A DNA stretch of 42,125 nt from Macrostomum lignano. Taxonomy: Eukaryota. The position numbers and the translations under genes are program-made. Location: positions 184,015 to 226,139 of the forward strand of contig NIVC01001879.1 of NCBI GenBank assembly GCA_002269645.1, read 5' to 3'. Position 1 is the stretch's first letter. Each line of letters begins with the position of its first letter. Positions 11,135 through 23,027 of this stretch are shown here, piece after piece. The notes beneath the pieces were generated by a model, which saw only the letters and a list, made by a program, of their open reading frames with translations, ran no database searches and was not told the origin of the DNA.

Positions 11135-11188
11135 GTGAGTCCTGGCCGATGAAGCCTAAGGTTATTGAGGTTGCAGAGACCCGAGGAT

Positions 11189-14010
11189 AAGTTTCGGACC
11201 ACTGAGGAGTCGCGAGAAGAGCTAGAAAGTTCTGCACTGTTGTAGGATCCCTAGAGTCGCAGAGTCCCAAGGAAGAGTCGCAGAGTCCTAAGGAAGAGTC
11301 GCAGAGTCCCAAGGAAGAGTCGCAGAGTCCCAAGGAAGAGTCGCAGAGTCCCAAGGAAGAGTCGCAGAGTCCTAAGGAAGAGTCGCAGAGTCCCAAGGAA
11401 GAGTCGCAGAGTCCCAAGGAAGAGTCGCAGAGTCCCAAGGAAGAGTCGCAGAGTCCCAAGGAAGAGTCGCAGAGTCGCAAGGAAGAGTCGCAGAGTCCTA
11501 AGGAAGAGTCGCAGAGTCGCAAGGAAGAGTCGCAGAGTCCCAAGGAAGAGTCGCAGAGTCCCAAGGATAAGTTTAGGACCACTGAGGAGTCGCGAGAAGA
11601 GCTAGAAAGTTCTGCACTGTTGTAGGATCCCTAGAGTCGCAGAGTCCTAAGGAAGAGTCGCAGAGTCCCAAGGAAGAGTCGCAGAGTCCTAAGGAAGAGT
11701 CGCAGAGTCCCAAGGAAGAGTCGCAGAGTCCTAAGGAAGAGTCGCAGAGTCCCAAGGAAGAGTCGCAGAGTCCTAAGGAAGAGTCGCAGAGTCCCAAGGA
11801 AGAGTCGCAGAGTCCTAAGGAAGAGTCGCAGAGTCCCAAGGAAGAGTCGCAGAGTCCCAAGGAAGAGTCGCAGAGTCGCAAGGAAGAGTCGCAGAGTCCT
11901 AAGGAAGAGTCGCAGAGTCCTAAGGAAGAGTCGCAGAGTCCCAAGGAAGAGTCGCAGAGTCCCAAGGAAGAGTCGCAGAGTCCCAAGGAAGAGTCGCAGA
12001 GTCGCAAGGAAGAGTCGCAGAGTCCTAAGGAAGAGTCGCAGAGTCGCAAGGAAGAGTCGCAGAGTCCCAAGGAAGAGTCGCAGAGTCGCAAGGAAGAGTC
12101 GCAGAGTCCCAAGGATAAGTTTAGGACCACTGAGGAGTCGCGAGAAGAGCTAGAAAGTTCTGCACTGTTGTAGGATCCCTAGAGTCGCAGAGTCCTAAGG
12201 AAGAGTCGCAGAGTCCCAAGGAAGAGTCGCAGAGTCCTAAGGAAGAGTCGCAGAGTCCCAAGGAAGAGTCGCAGAGTCCCAAGGAAGAGTCGCAGAGTCC
12301 TAAGGAAGAGTCGCAGAGTCCCAAGGAAGAGTCGCAGAGTCCTAAGGAAGAGTCGCAGAGTCCCAAGGAAGAGTCGCAGAGTCCCAAGGAAGAGTCGCAG
12401 AGTCCTAAGGAAGAGTCGCAGAGTCCCAAGGAAGAGTCGCAGAGTCCTAAGGAAGAGTCGCAGAGTCCCAAGGAAGAGTCGCAGAGTCCCAAGGAAGAGT
12501 CGCAGAGTCGCAAGGAAGAGTCGCAGAGTCCCAAGGAAGAGTCGCAGAGTCCCAAGGAAGAGTCGCAGAGTCCCAAGGATAAGTTTAGGACCACTGAGGA
12601 GTCGCGAGAAGAGCTAGAAAGTTCTGCACTGTTGTAGGATCCCTAGAGTCGCAGAGTCCTAAGGAAGAGTCGCAGAGTCCCAAGGAAGAGTCGCAGAGTC
12701 CTAAGGAAGAGTCGCAGAGTCCCAAGGAAGAGTCGCAGAGTCCCAAGGAAGAGTCGCAGAGTCCCAAGGAAGAGTCGCAGAGTCCTAAGGAAGAGTCGCA
12801 GAGTCCCAAGGAAGAGTCGCAGAGTCCCAAGGAAGAGTCGCAGAGTCCCAAGGAAGAGTCGCAGAGTCCCAAGGAAGAGTCGCAGAGTCCTAAGGAAGAG
12901 TCGCAGAGTCGCAAGGAAGAGTCGCAGAGTCCCAAGGAAGAGTCGCAGAGTCCCAAGGAAGAGTCGCAGAGTCCCAAGGATAAGTTTAGGACCACTGAGG
13001 AGTCGCGAGAAGAGCTAGAAAGTTCTGCACTGTTGTAGGATCCCTAGAGTCGCAGAGTCCCAAGGAAGATTCGCAGAGTCCCAAGGAAGAGTCGCAGAGT
13101 CCCAAGGAAGAGTCGCAGAGTCCCAAGGAAGAGTCGCAGAGTCCCAAGGAAGAGTCGCAGAGTCCTAAGGAAGATTCGCAGAGTCCCAAGGAAGAGTCGC
13201 AGAGTCCCAAGGAAGATTCGCAGAGTCCCAAGGAAGAGTCGCAGAGTCCCAAGGAAGAGTCGCAGAGTCCCAAGGAAGAGTCGCAGAGTCCCAAGGAAGA
13301 GTCGCAGAGTCGCAAGGAAGAGTCGCAGAGTCCTAAGGAAGAGTCGCAGAGTCCTAAGGAAGAGTCGCAGAGTCCCAAGGAAGAGTCGCAGAGTCCCAAG
13401 GAAGAGTCGCAGAGTCCCAAGGAAGAGTCGCAGAGTCGCAAGGAAGAGTCGCAGAGTCCTAAGGAAGAGTCGCAGAGTCGCAAGGAAGAGTCGCAGAGTC
13501 CCAAGGAAGAGTCGCAGAGTCGCAAGGAAGAGTCGCAGAGTCCCAATGAAGAGTCGCAGAGTCCTAAGGAAGAGTCGCAGAGTCCCAAGGAAGAGTCGCA
13601 GAGTCCCAAGGAAGAGTCGCAGAGTCGCAAGGAAGAGTCGCAGAGTCCCAAGGAAGAGTCGCAGAGTCCCAAGGAAGAGTCGCAGAGTCCCAAGGATAAG
13701 TTTAGGACCACTGAGGAGTCGCGAGAAGAGCTAGAAAGTTCTGCACTGTTGTAGGATCCCTAGAGTCGCAGAGTCCTAAGGAAGAGTCGCAGAGTCCCAA
13801 GGAAGAGTCGCAGAGTCCTAAGGAAGAGTCGCAGAGTCCTAAGGAAGAGTCGCAGAGTCCTAAGGAAGAGTCGCAGAGTCCCAAGGAAGAGTCGCAGAGT
13901 CCTAAGGAAGAGTCGCAGAGTCCCAAGGAAGAGTCGCAGAGTCCTAAGGAAGAGTCGCAGAGTCCCAAGGAAGAGTCGCAGAGTCCCAAGGAAGAGTCAC
14001 AGAGTCGCAG
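11189..14010. repeat. Higher-order VNTR: six 65-bp spacers, each followed by 15, 23, 19, 16, 31 and 11+ copies of the 21-mer GAGTCGCAGAGTC[C/G][C/T]AAGGAA
   Basis: Spacers start at 11189, 11569, 12117, 12581, 12982, 13698; all periods equal 65 + 21n. Confidence 0.96.
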
Positions 14011-14038
14011 TGCTCAGCCTCACTCTCGAATCCCACAG

Positions 14039-14819
14039 GACGAACCAGTCGCTGATGAGACGCAAGCGCACGGTAACAAAAACAATCTTCACCCTTCTCG
14101 GCGCCTTCCTCATCTTCGAGATCCCATTCTTCACCATGACCAGCATCACCAACCTGGCCATGTGCCACGACGGCGTGTTCGACTTCGCCGAGCACCGCGC
14201 CCTGATCCTCCAGCTCATGTTCCTGAGTTACCTGCCCGCCAACCTGGACTCTCTCTGCAACTTCTTCATCTACTTCGCCTGCTACACGCCGTTCCGCCGC
14301 AAGGCCAGGCAGTTTTTCCGACTTCGAGTGCGCGCCGCCCCTGCGCTGTCCTGCAGCCGCGGAGGCGGGGGCCGTGGCGGCGGCGGCGGCGGTGGTGGCA
14401 ACGGCGACGGCGGCCGCGGCGGCGTGGGCGGCGGCGGCGGTGGCGGCGGAGGCGAACTCAGCGGTGGTGGAGGCGACGGCACCCGCCTGGTCAGAGTTGG
14501 GGAGGGTAGCGCTCCCGCTGCTGTCGCTGCCGCGGCTGCCTCCACCTCGGCCGCTGTCTCTGGCGACGCCGCCGCGGCTATTCGGCACCAGCGATGTCTC
14601 GTCGTTGCCGACTGTTGCGACGAGAATTTCGACGACAATGACGACGAAATCGATGTCGAAGACGACATGGCAAGCGGCGTGGCCGCCTGCGGACAGCAGG
14701 AGCTGTGCAGAATCCTGGAGAGCGAAGCTTCATCAATGGACTGCTCGCCAGTGCACCGGTTCTACTGCCGAAGGCAGATCTCTAATCAGGACTCGGCCAC
14801 CGAGCTCACCATCACGTGA
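14039..14819 (+). CDS. Orphan GPCR exon 3 (TM6, TM7, long Gly-rich/acidic C-tail)
   Basis: Acceptor tcccacag| at 14038 (phase 2); KTIFTLLGAFLIFEIPFF; ANLDSLCNFFIYFACYTPFRR; joined CDS is 1608 nt, 535 aa, no internal stop. Confidence 0.9.
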
Positions 14820-14929
14820 TTGAGCAGAATCGACTGAGCTGATCAGAAATCTGTCTAGCGTCACCAGCAAGGTGACTGGTCTGAACATTCGCTCATCGAG
14901 GCGAAATCATTCTTTAGTTATGACTCATA

Positions 14930-15656
14930 ACTCAGCTGTGACTCATCGGACATGTGACTCATCGGACATGGGACTCATCAGACATGTCACTCATCAAACA
15001 TGTGACACATCGGACATGTCACTCATCGGACATGTCACTTATCAAACATGTGACTCATCGGACATGTGACTCATCGGACATGTCACTCATCAAACATGTG
15101 ACTCATCGGACATGTGACTCATCGGACATGTCACTCATCAAACATGTGACTCATCGGACATGTCACTCATCAAACATGTGACTCATCGGACATGTCACTC
15201 ATCAAACATGTGACTCATCGGACATGTGACTCATCGGACATGTCACTCATCAAACATGTGACTCATCAAACATGTGACTCATCGGACATGTGACTCATCG
15301 GACATGTCACTCATCAAACATGTGACTCATCAAACATGTGACTCATCGGACATGTGACTCATCGGACATGTCACTCATCAAACATGTCACTCATCAAACA
15401 TGTGACTCATCGGACATGTCACTCATCAAGCATGTGACTCATCGGACATGTCACTCATCGGACATGTGACTCATCGGACATGTCACTCATCAAACATGTC
15501 ACTCATCAAACATGTGACTCATCGGACATGTGACTCATCGGACATGTGACTCATCGGACATGTCACTCATCAAACATGTGACTCATCGGACATGTCACTC
15601 ATCAAACATGTGACTCATCGGACATGTCACTCATCAAACATGTGACTCATCGGACA
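14930..15656. repeat. 16-bp minisatellite ([G/C]ACTCATC[GG/AA]ACATGT)n, about 45 copies
   Basis: Direct reading. Confidence 0.96.
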
Positions 15657-15680
15657 ACTATCTGTGAACTTACAGTAGAA

Positions 15681-15686
15681 ATTAAA
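15681..15686 (+). terminator. Candidate polyadenylation signal ATTAAA for the GPCR
   Basis: First A[A/T]TAAA found after the stop codon; followed by T-rich sequence. Confidence 0.3.
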
Positions 15687-16284
15687 TCAGTAATACGCTC
15701 GTAAAATGACTTTGTTTGTTGTAGGCTTGTAGCTTCGATAAGTACGCCAAGTGTCACGAGCTTTTGTGTCCCCTTCTACAAAAAATCATTCCAAGAACTT
15801 CTAGTGACTCAGTTTTGCTGCAAGGTACACCAAAGGTTCGGCCATGTGACTTTTGGAAAGCGTGAATTTTTTGTTTAATTATTTCTCTTCTGTTTTTAGG
15901 CGCTTATTAAAATTAAGAGACTTGTGCGTGCTCCTTGTCGTTCAGTTACCTGTATCCGCGTTTTGTGCCCCTCATTTGCGAATTTTAATCAGCTGTAGTC
16001 GTTAGTTTCAACTTCCCAGTTCCTGACAGATCCCAGTTGACCCCACTGACAAATGCTATAAACTGCACTGGACAACATTTGCTAACAAAAAGCACAAATT
16101 GCGACTTTTTTCGGTTGCTGAGTCCCTACGATACGCTTTAAGTAGTTAGAGACACTGCGTTGTGGTCAACTTATTGTTTAACTTGCGTATTTTTTACTGT
16201 TTGGCTTGTAGATTTTCATTGTCTTTACACGTATTCTATAGCTTTTTCTGGTTTTAAAAGACTGTGAAGCTGGCGGGTTGGGAG

Positions 16285-17418
16285 GTTCGTGGATTGTGAA
16301 GTTTGTGGCTTGTCAAGTTTTTGGATTGTGAAGTTTGTGGATTGTGAATTTTGTGGACTGTGGAGTTTGTGGATTGTGAGGCTTGTGGCTTGTGAAGTTC
16401 GTGGATTTTGAAGTTTGTGGATTGTGAATTTTGTGGACTGTGGAGTTTGTGGATTGTGAGGCTTGTGGCTTGTGAAGTTCGTGGTTTTTGAAGTTTGTGG
16501 ATTGTGAATTTTGTGGACTGTGGAGTTTGTGGATTGTGAAGTTTGTGGATTGTGAAGTTTGTGGATTGTGAAGTTTGGGGATTGTGAAGTTTGGGGATTG
16601 GGAAGTTTGTGGATTGTGAAGTTTGTGGATTGTGAAGCTTGTGGATTGTGAAGCTTGTGGATTGTGAAGTTTTTGGACTGTGGAGTTTGTGGATTGTGAA
16701 GTTTGGGGATTGTGAAGTTTGTAAATTGTGAAGTTTGTGGATTGTGAAGTTTGTGGATTGTAAAGTTTGGGGATTGTTAAGTTTGGGGATTGTGAAGTTT
16801 GTAAATTGTGAAGTTTGTGGATTGTGAAGTTTGTGGATTGTAAAGTTTGGGGATTGTTAAGTTTGGGGATTGTGAAGTTTGTGGATTGTGAAGTTTGGGG
16901 ATTGTGAAGTTTGTGGATTGTGAAGTTTGTGGATTGTGAAGTTTGTGGATTTGGAAGTTTGGGGATTGTGAAGTTTGGGGATTGTGAAGTTTGTGGATTG
17001 TGAAGCTTTTGGATTGGGAAGTTTGTAAATTGTGAAGTTTGGGGATTGTGAAGTTTGGGAATTGTGAAGTTTGTGGATTGTGAAGCTTGTGAATTGTGAA
17101 GTTTTTGGATTGGGAAGTTTGTAAATTGTGAAGTTTGGGGATTGTGAAGTTTGGGGATTGTGAAGTTTGTGGATTGTGAAGCTTGTGGATTGTGAAGTTT
17201 TTGGACTGTGGAGTTTGTGGATTGTGAGGCTTGTGGATTGTGAACTTTTTGGATTGTGAAGTTTGTGGATTGTGAAGTTTGTGGGCTGTGAAGTTTGTGG
17301 ATTGTGAGGCTTGTGGATTGTGAAGCTTGTGGACTGTGGAGTTTGTGGATTGTGGAGTTTGTGGATTGTGAAGCTTGTGGATTGTGAATTTTGTGGATTG
17401 TGAAGTTTGGGGATTGTG
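16285..17418. repeat. 16-bp G/T-rich minisatellite (GTTTGTGGATTGTGAA)n with variants
   Basis: Direct reading. Confidence 0.95.
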
Positions 17419-17978
17419 CTGCTTTTTTATTAACATGCCGTTCTTGTACACAATGCACAGTGTATTGCATCTTTCTTGAGTCCTGTACCCAGCACCCAAA
17501 TCACTAGATATGCGGATTAATATCAAATGAAAAGAAATATGTAATTACGAGCTATTGCACATACTGTGAAGCACTTGAATATTGAGAACTGCTCTCTGTT
17601 AGAGTCTTGCCCTGGAACCCTGTGAAGTGAAATAAAAGTCCAGCAGGTCCAATGGATGTTTGAGTCTACGTACAATTTCACAAATATGATCTTCTTTACC
17701 GTTTCGAATTTTAATGAGCGCAAAATCCAGGCCAGGCGATTCTGAGGGAGAAAAAACTGCAAAGAAAGCGCGAGGTCGCGTTCGTGATGAAGCCAGGATT
17801 CTGGGATGCAAAAACTGCTCAAAGCAGCAGCAGTTTGATTGTTGCGGGTTTTTTAAGAAGAAAATTCTGGAATTGAGTCCACAAGCACATACTACTGAGA
17901 GTAGAAATGATAGTAGAATTTGTGGCTTGAAAATTCGCATATAAATTAGTTACTTTGACGAGTACAAGCCGTCATTGA

Positions 17979-18208
<230 letters not shown>

Positions 18209-18559
18209 TGCCAGGGCTCCCAAATCACTCCTGCCTGCTCTCTGCCGCATCAATCTTTCTCAGTTTCACTGCCGCTATCCTCTCCCACCTGTCGCCGCTC
18301 CCCCATGTGCACTCTCCTATTTGCCCAATCGTATCGGTTTACGAATGGTAAAAAACTCTACATTTCGGTTATGTGACACCGAAATAGGGATAACTGTCCC
18401 TTCTAGCCATTGTCCTTCTATCTGAACCTTCAAACCCGCCACAGTTTCCTCCCAGATCCCCTTCGGCTGGAAACAGCTGACGCAGATTCCCACGAAACGC
18501 CTCATCCAGCCGGCTCAAACACTGCTTTGTTCGTGCGGGACCTCCAGAGCTCCGTTCCG

Positions 18560-18579
18560 ATTGGCCAGCGGCCCATTGG
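18560..18579 (+). promoter_or_regulatory. Two inverted CCAAT boxes (ATTGG at 18560 and 18575) in a CpG-rich candidate promoter of the glycosyltransferase
   Basis: Motif spacing and CpG-island-like context; no transcript evidence. Confidence 0.4.
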
Positions 18580-19051
18580 CCCGCCAGTCCGACCTCTACA
18601 AAGCACAGCGCGGCGGTGAAAAGAGCCTCGCTTGGGCACTGAGGAGCTGCTGTGAGGCCCGGCCACGGACACCAGCTGAGAGCATCTTCTGCGGAGCATC
18701 CGAGGCAGCGGCATTTGCGACTCTCGAGACGCAGCCTCGAGGCAAGGCGGCAGCGGCTGCGGCGGCTGTCAGAGGAGGCGCCATTTTTCCTCCGCGAGCG
18801 GCTCCCCTGGCGCCGCGATTTCTGCCGCTCTGGCGCCAACAACAACAGTGCGCCAGGCAGGCGGCAGCGGCGGCGAGGTGACGCTCCGACTGTCGCCAGC
18901 CGGATCCTGCGGCGACGACGCTGGCAAGGGGAGCAGGAAGCTGCTGCGGCTGCAGCCTCACCTGCATCAGCACGGCCAGCCCGCTGCTGCCGCGACTCAA
19001 CTGGCGGCGCTGCGCTGGCCGTCCGGCGGAGCGGCGCCGGCCCTTGTGGCG

Positions 19052-19556
19052 ATGCTGCTGCTGTGCTCCGCGACCTTCATCCTGTTCCAGCTGCTGGTTG
19101 CCAGGGCGACTCTCAGCCGGCGGAACTCCCTGCTGCTGACCGACTCCCGGTCTCTGGAGGCCGGCGCCGACGGCGGCGGTAGCGTCGGCGGCGGCGTGGC
19201 TCGTCAGCTTCTCGGCGAGGCGCCCAGAGGTGCCGAAGTCGGCTTTGGCAGCGGTGAGGAGCAGCGGCCTGAGCGGGTGCTGCAGTGCCTGCGCGCCCTG
19301 GACGAGGAGCTGCGAGCGCTGGTGTACCAGCCGGTGCCCTCCGTCGAGAGGTTCACCGCCCAGCTGGCCGACGAGCTGGCGCGAATCCACGGCGCCGACG
19401 TCAGCCGCGGCGGCTGCAGCCGAATGCCCGGTCAGCACCGAGTGGCCAGGGAGATTCGCCAGCTGGGCGGCCCTGCGGCTGCTTCGACTCCGCCTGACCT
19501 GCCCGCCTGCCTGCCGCCTGCCGCCCCCAGCGCCCGGCTGCTGCGCTGGTTTTACC
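19052..19556 (+). CDS. GT7 beta-1,4-Gal/GalNAc-transferase exon 1 (membrane anchor and stem); start codon uncertain
   Basis: First ATG after 18371; hydrophobic [17 protein letters not shown]; donor C|GTGAGT at 19557, phase 1, matches acceptor at 33187; the link across the 13.6-kb intron is inferred. Confidence 0.65.
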
Positions 19557-19565
19557 GTGAGTTGC

Positions 19566-20047
<482 letters not shown>

Positions 20048-20995
20048 CCTGCCTCATCCCAAGTCAGCAGCAATTAATTTGGGAGTCGCAGCTTTATAAA
20101 AACGAGTTTCTCGAGAGGCAATTTAGAGAATTTCATTAATTGAATCCTGAGCCATCTTGAATATTAATAAATTTCCATTGAAATTTTTGTGCCGAAAGCG
20201 ATTTGCCTGAATAAAATCCGAACCGACTATAAAATAAGCAGTTGTTCTCCATTAATCCTAAGTAGCCTGTAATTCCCAGCTCTGCCAATCCCGAGGAACA
20301 CGAGAATTTCAAGCAAATCCTAAGGATTAATCTCCCGCGTCTCTACCCGGCTCTGTGCAGAGCTCCAGCGGTAGCAGCAGTCCGCACAGGAACAATGCCA
20401 GCAGCCCCCTGCCATGTGCCAACCCCAGCCCTATTCTCCTGTTTCACTATCGACTGCTTCTTTGCAACCCACGCAGCCAGCGCACTTGAAGGGACTGAAA
20501 CTATCGCTTTTTGAAGAGGCTCCCGCAGTCGGGCCGCGAACTGCCGCCCCCACACAGCCAAGCTCCCCTCCCTGGCCTCTCTCCCATTGTCTCAAACCGC
20601 CGCCGCTGCTGTCGCGCACAAAAAAGGGAATTCTTCACCAAAGCCTTTCAGCTGTCTCGGGGTTAAAAATGGCAGAACCCAAAAATACACGCATGCCATC
20701 CGCAGCGGCTCTCTAGCGATATTAGCTGGGGATCAATACAGCGTGCGGGAGGGAATGGAGAGAGCAGGGGAGAAATGCCGGCGTCGAGGGTAATAAAACT
20801 GAGTCCAATTTGAGTTGAGCTCAGCAGATATTATACGAGTTGAGTAAAGCAGTTGAGCTGCACTGGCTGGATGCACTTTTCCTGAGATATTTAATCTTCA
20901 GCAGCATCATCAATGATGAGGTGGACAGTGGAGGCTGAGATCAACAGTGGGGATTTTTACTGTGATTAGCATTTCCCTCTTTACTAGCGGGTCAG

Positions 20996-21365
20996 GACTG
21001 GAGGGTTTCAAGAACCGCGGAGATGTCCATGGACTGGGGGTTTCAAAGACTGTTGAGATTCCCATTGACTGGAGGGTTTCAAGGACCACTGAGGTTTCCA
21101 TTGACTGGAGGGTTTCAAGGACCGCTGAGATTCCCATTGACTGGAGGGTTTCAAGGACCGCTGAGGTTTCCATTGACTGGAGGGTTTCAAGGACCACTGA
21201 GGTTTCCATTGACTGGAGGGTTTCAAGGACCGCTGAAATGTCCATGGACTGGAGCGTTTCAAGGAACGCGGAGATGTCCATGGACTGGAGGGTTTCAAGG
21301 ACCGCGGAGATGTCCATGGACTGGAGGGTTTCAAGGACCTTTGAGATTCCCATGGATTGAAGGGC
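20996..21365. repeat. 36-bp minisatellite (GGAGGGTTTCAAGGACCRCTGAGGTTTCCATTGACT), about 10 copies
   Basis: Direct reading; 12-aa periodicity in the overlapping ORFs. Confidence 0.92.
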
Positions 21366-21558
21366 CTGAAGGACCACTGGACTGCAGAATCTCGAATTAC
21401 AAAGGTCTTCAAACTTCCAAAAATGTAACCTTGACTTTAAAATCTCAACACTGACTGACAGCACGAGGGTAGGAGCAGTCTCCGCCTTCTCCACTGAATG
21501 CTGCAGGCGCCTCTTCTGAGCTCTTTAGCTGGCGAGGACATTTTCTGCTCCTTGTACT

Positions 21559-21561
<3 letters not shown>

Positions 21562-21630
<69 letters not shown>
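21562..21630. repeat. (CT)n microsatellite
   Basis: Direct reading. Confidence 0.98.
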
Positions 21631-21634
<4 letters not shown>

Positions 21635-22085
21635 ATTGGTGTCAAAGCATCCTTGCCACAATGGCATGCTTTGGAAGCTGCACACAGGCGCTAAGTGAAT
21701 GGCTGGATGGATGGATGCGTGCCTGCAAGGGACGCGACCCCCCCCCCTGCCGTCTCCACCTCTCTCTCAGGTTGCCTGTGCCGCAGCAACTCCTAAGGTT
21801 GCAAATGTCTTCTTATGTTACGTTAACAGGGAGAGAGAGAGGAGTGGTGATGCCCACCCGGTTATTCTGATAGTCTGTGACGGCCAGCGTGGCAGGGGGG
21901 GGGGTAATTGTCCCATTCACCCCGGTCCTGTGCATCAGCAGAGTCTGCAACAGCAGCAGCAGCAGCAAAAGCAGCTGCCGCAGCAAATTGTAATTTTTAG
22001 GTGGAAGTTAAAATCACTGGTTAGTACAGTAGCCTAGGAAAAATTTAAAGTGCAAATCTTGCGGACACTGTTTTCTCTCAGCAAT

Positions 22086-22373
22086 TCTCCCAGCCTCTCC
22101 CAGACTCTCCCAGACTCTCCCAGATTCTCCAAGACTTTCCCAGACTCTTCCAGACTCTCCCAGACTCTCCCAGACTCTCCCAGCCTCTCCCAGCCTCTCC
22201 CAGACTCTCCCAGACTCTCCCAGCCTCTCCCAGACTCTCCCAGACTCTCCCAGACTCTCCCAGCCTCTCCCAGACTCTCCCAGACTCTCCCAGACTCTCC
22301 CAGACTCTCCCAGACTCTCCCAGACTCTCCCAGACTCTCCCAGACTCTCCCAGACTCTCCCAGACTCTCCCAG
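22086..22373. repeat. 10-bp minisatellite (CCAGACTCTC)n, array A
   Basis: Direct reading. Confidence 0.96.
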
Positions 22374-23027
22374 AAATCTCTGTGTCTTCCCGTTGCTAAA
22401 AATTGCTCTTTTTCTTGCTTATTAAACTGCAAAGCCAGCCCACCTGTATTCCTGCCCTATCCAGAAACATTACAGAAGAAAGCCATCCCAACGCTCCCCA
22501 TTTTGTTTACCCAATCCCCCCCCCGATGCTTGGGCGAAAAATTTGTGAAAACGAAGAATTCCCGGACCAACATGCGCAATGCAGTGCAGTTGACGCCTCT
22601 CACCTGCTGAAGAGGAGGCAAATCTAACCTCTCTTCCTCTTCCTCTCGTCTCCTGGCCCACAGGACTCTTCTCCCTCCACTCGCCCAGCCCTTGTGTCGA
22701 GCCTGATTGCATCCGAGAGTGCACCGTCCCTGCCTGCTCTGCCTTTCTCTCACTCTCTCTCTCTCTCTCTCTCTCTCGTTATTTTGCAAGTGAGAGAGTT
22801 GCCCGACGCTTACCTACAGAAAGTGCCAAATTAATCACTAAGGTTGAGCATGATGAGTACAATGTTTAGGCGCAGTGCTGTTTACCTGGATACGGGGAAG
22901 GAGAGTCTTTGAGCATGAAAATTTCTCCAAATCGCACTAGAAATTATAAATGCTGTCCGGGAAAAGTCACTAGTCATTGTCGGCTCGCGGTTGAACTGCT
23001 GCTTTGTTGAAGAAGAACCAAGGCATC

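Noticed and set aside
10665-13989. Series of minus-strand LCDSSLG ORFs with a shared N- and C-terminus
   Set aside because: They simply mirror the higher-order repeat units
11189-14010. CRISPR-like look of the repeat/spacer alternation
   Set aside because: The spacers are identical and the repeats vary in number, the reverse of CRISPR; eukaryotic intron; no cas genes
17420-17978. Short ORFs on both strands between the two genes; also those at 20340-20900, 30540-30810 and 31330-32330
   Set aside because: No recognisable domains, consistent splice signals or coding-like continuity
19390-19450. [17 protein letters not shown] as a degenerate duplicate of the GT7 N-terminal motif
   Set aside because: Similarity is too weak to judge by eye; would need an HMM hit
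20361-20489. Possible stem exon (NASSPLPCANPSPILL resembles the B4GALT LPxCP..SP.L motif)
   Set aside because: Acceptor phase does not match exon 1, and the frame hits a stop with no convincing donor
21080-21092. 13-nt match AGGACCACTGAGG shared by the 36-bp repeat and the 65-bp spacer of GPCR intron 2
   Set aside because: No homology extends beyond it; plausible chance match among many repeat pairs
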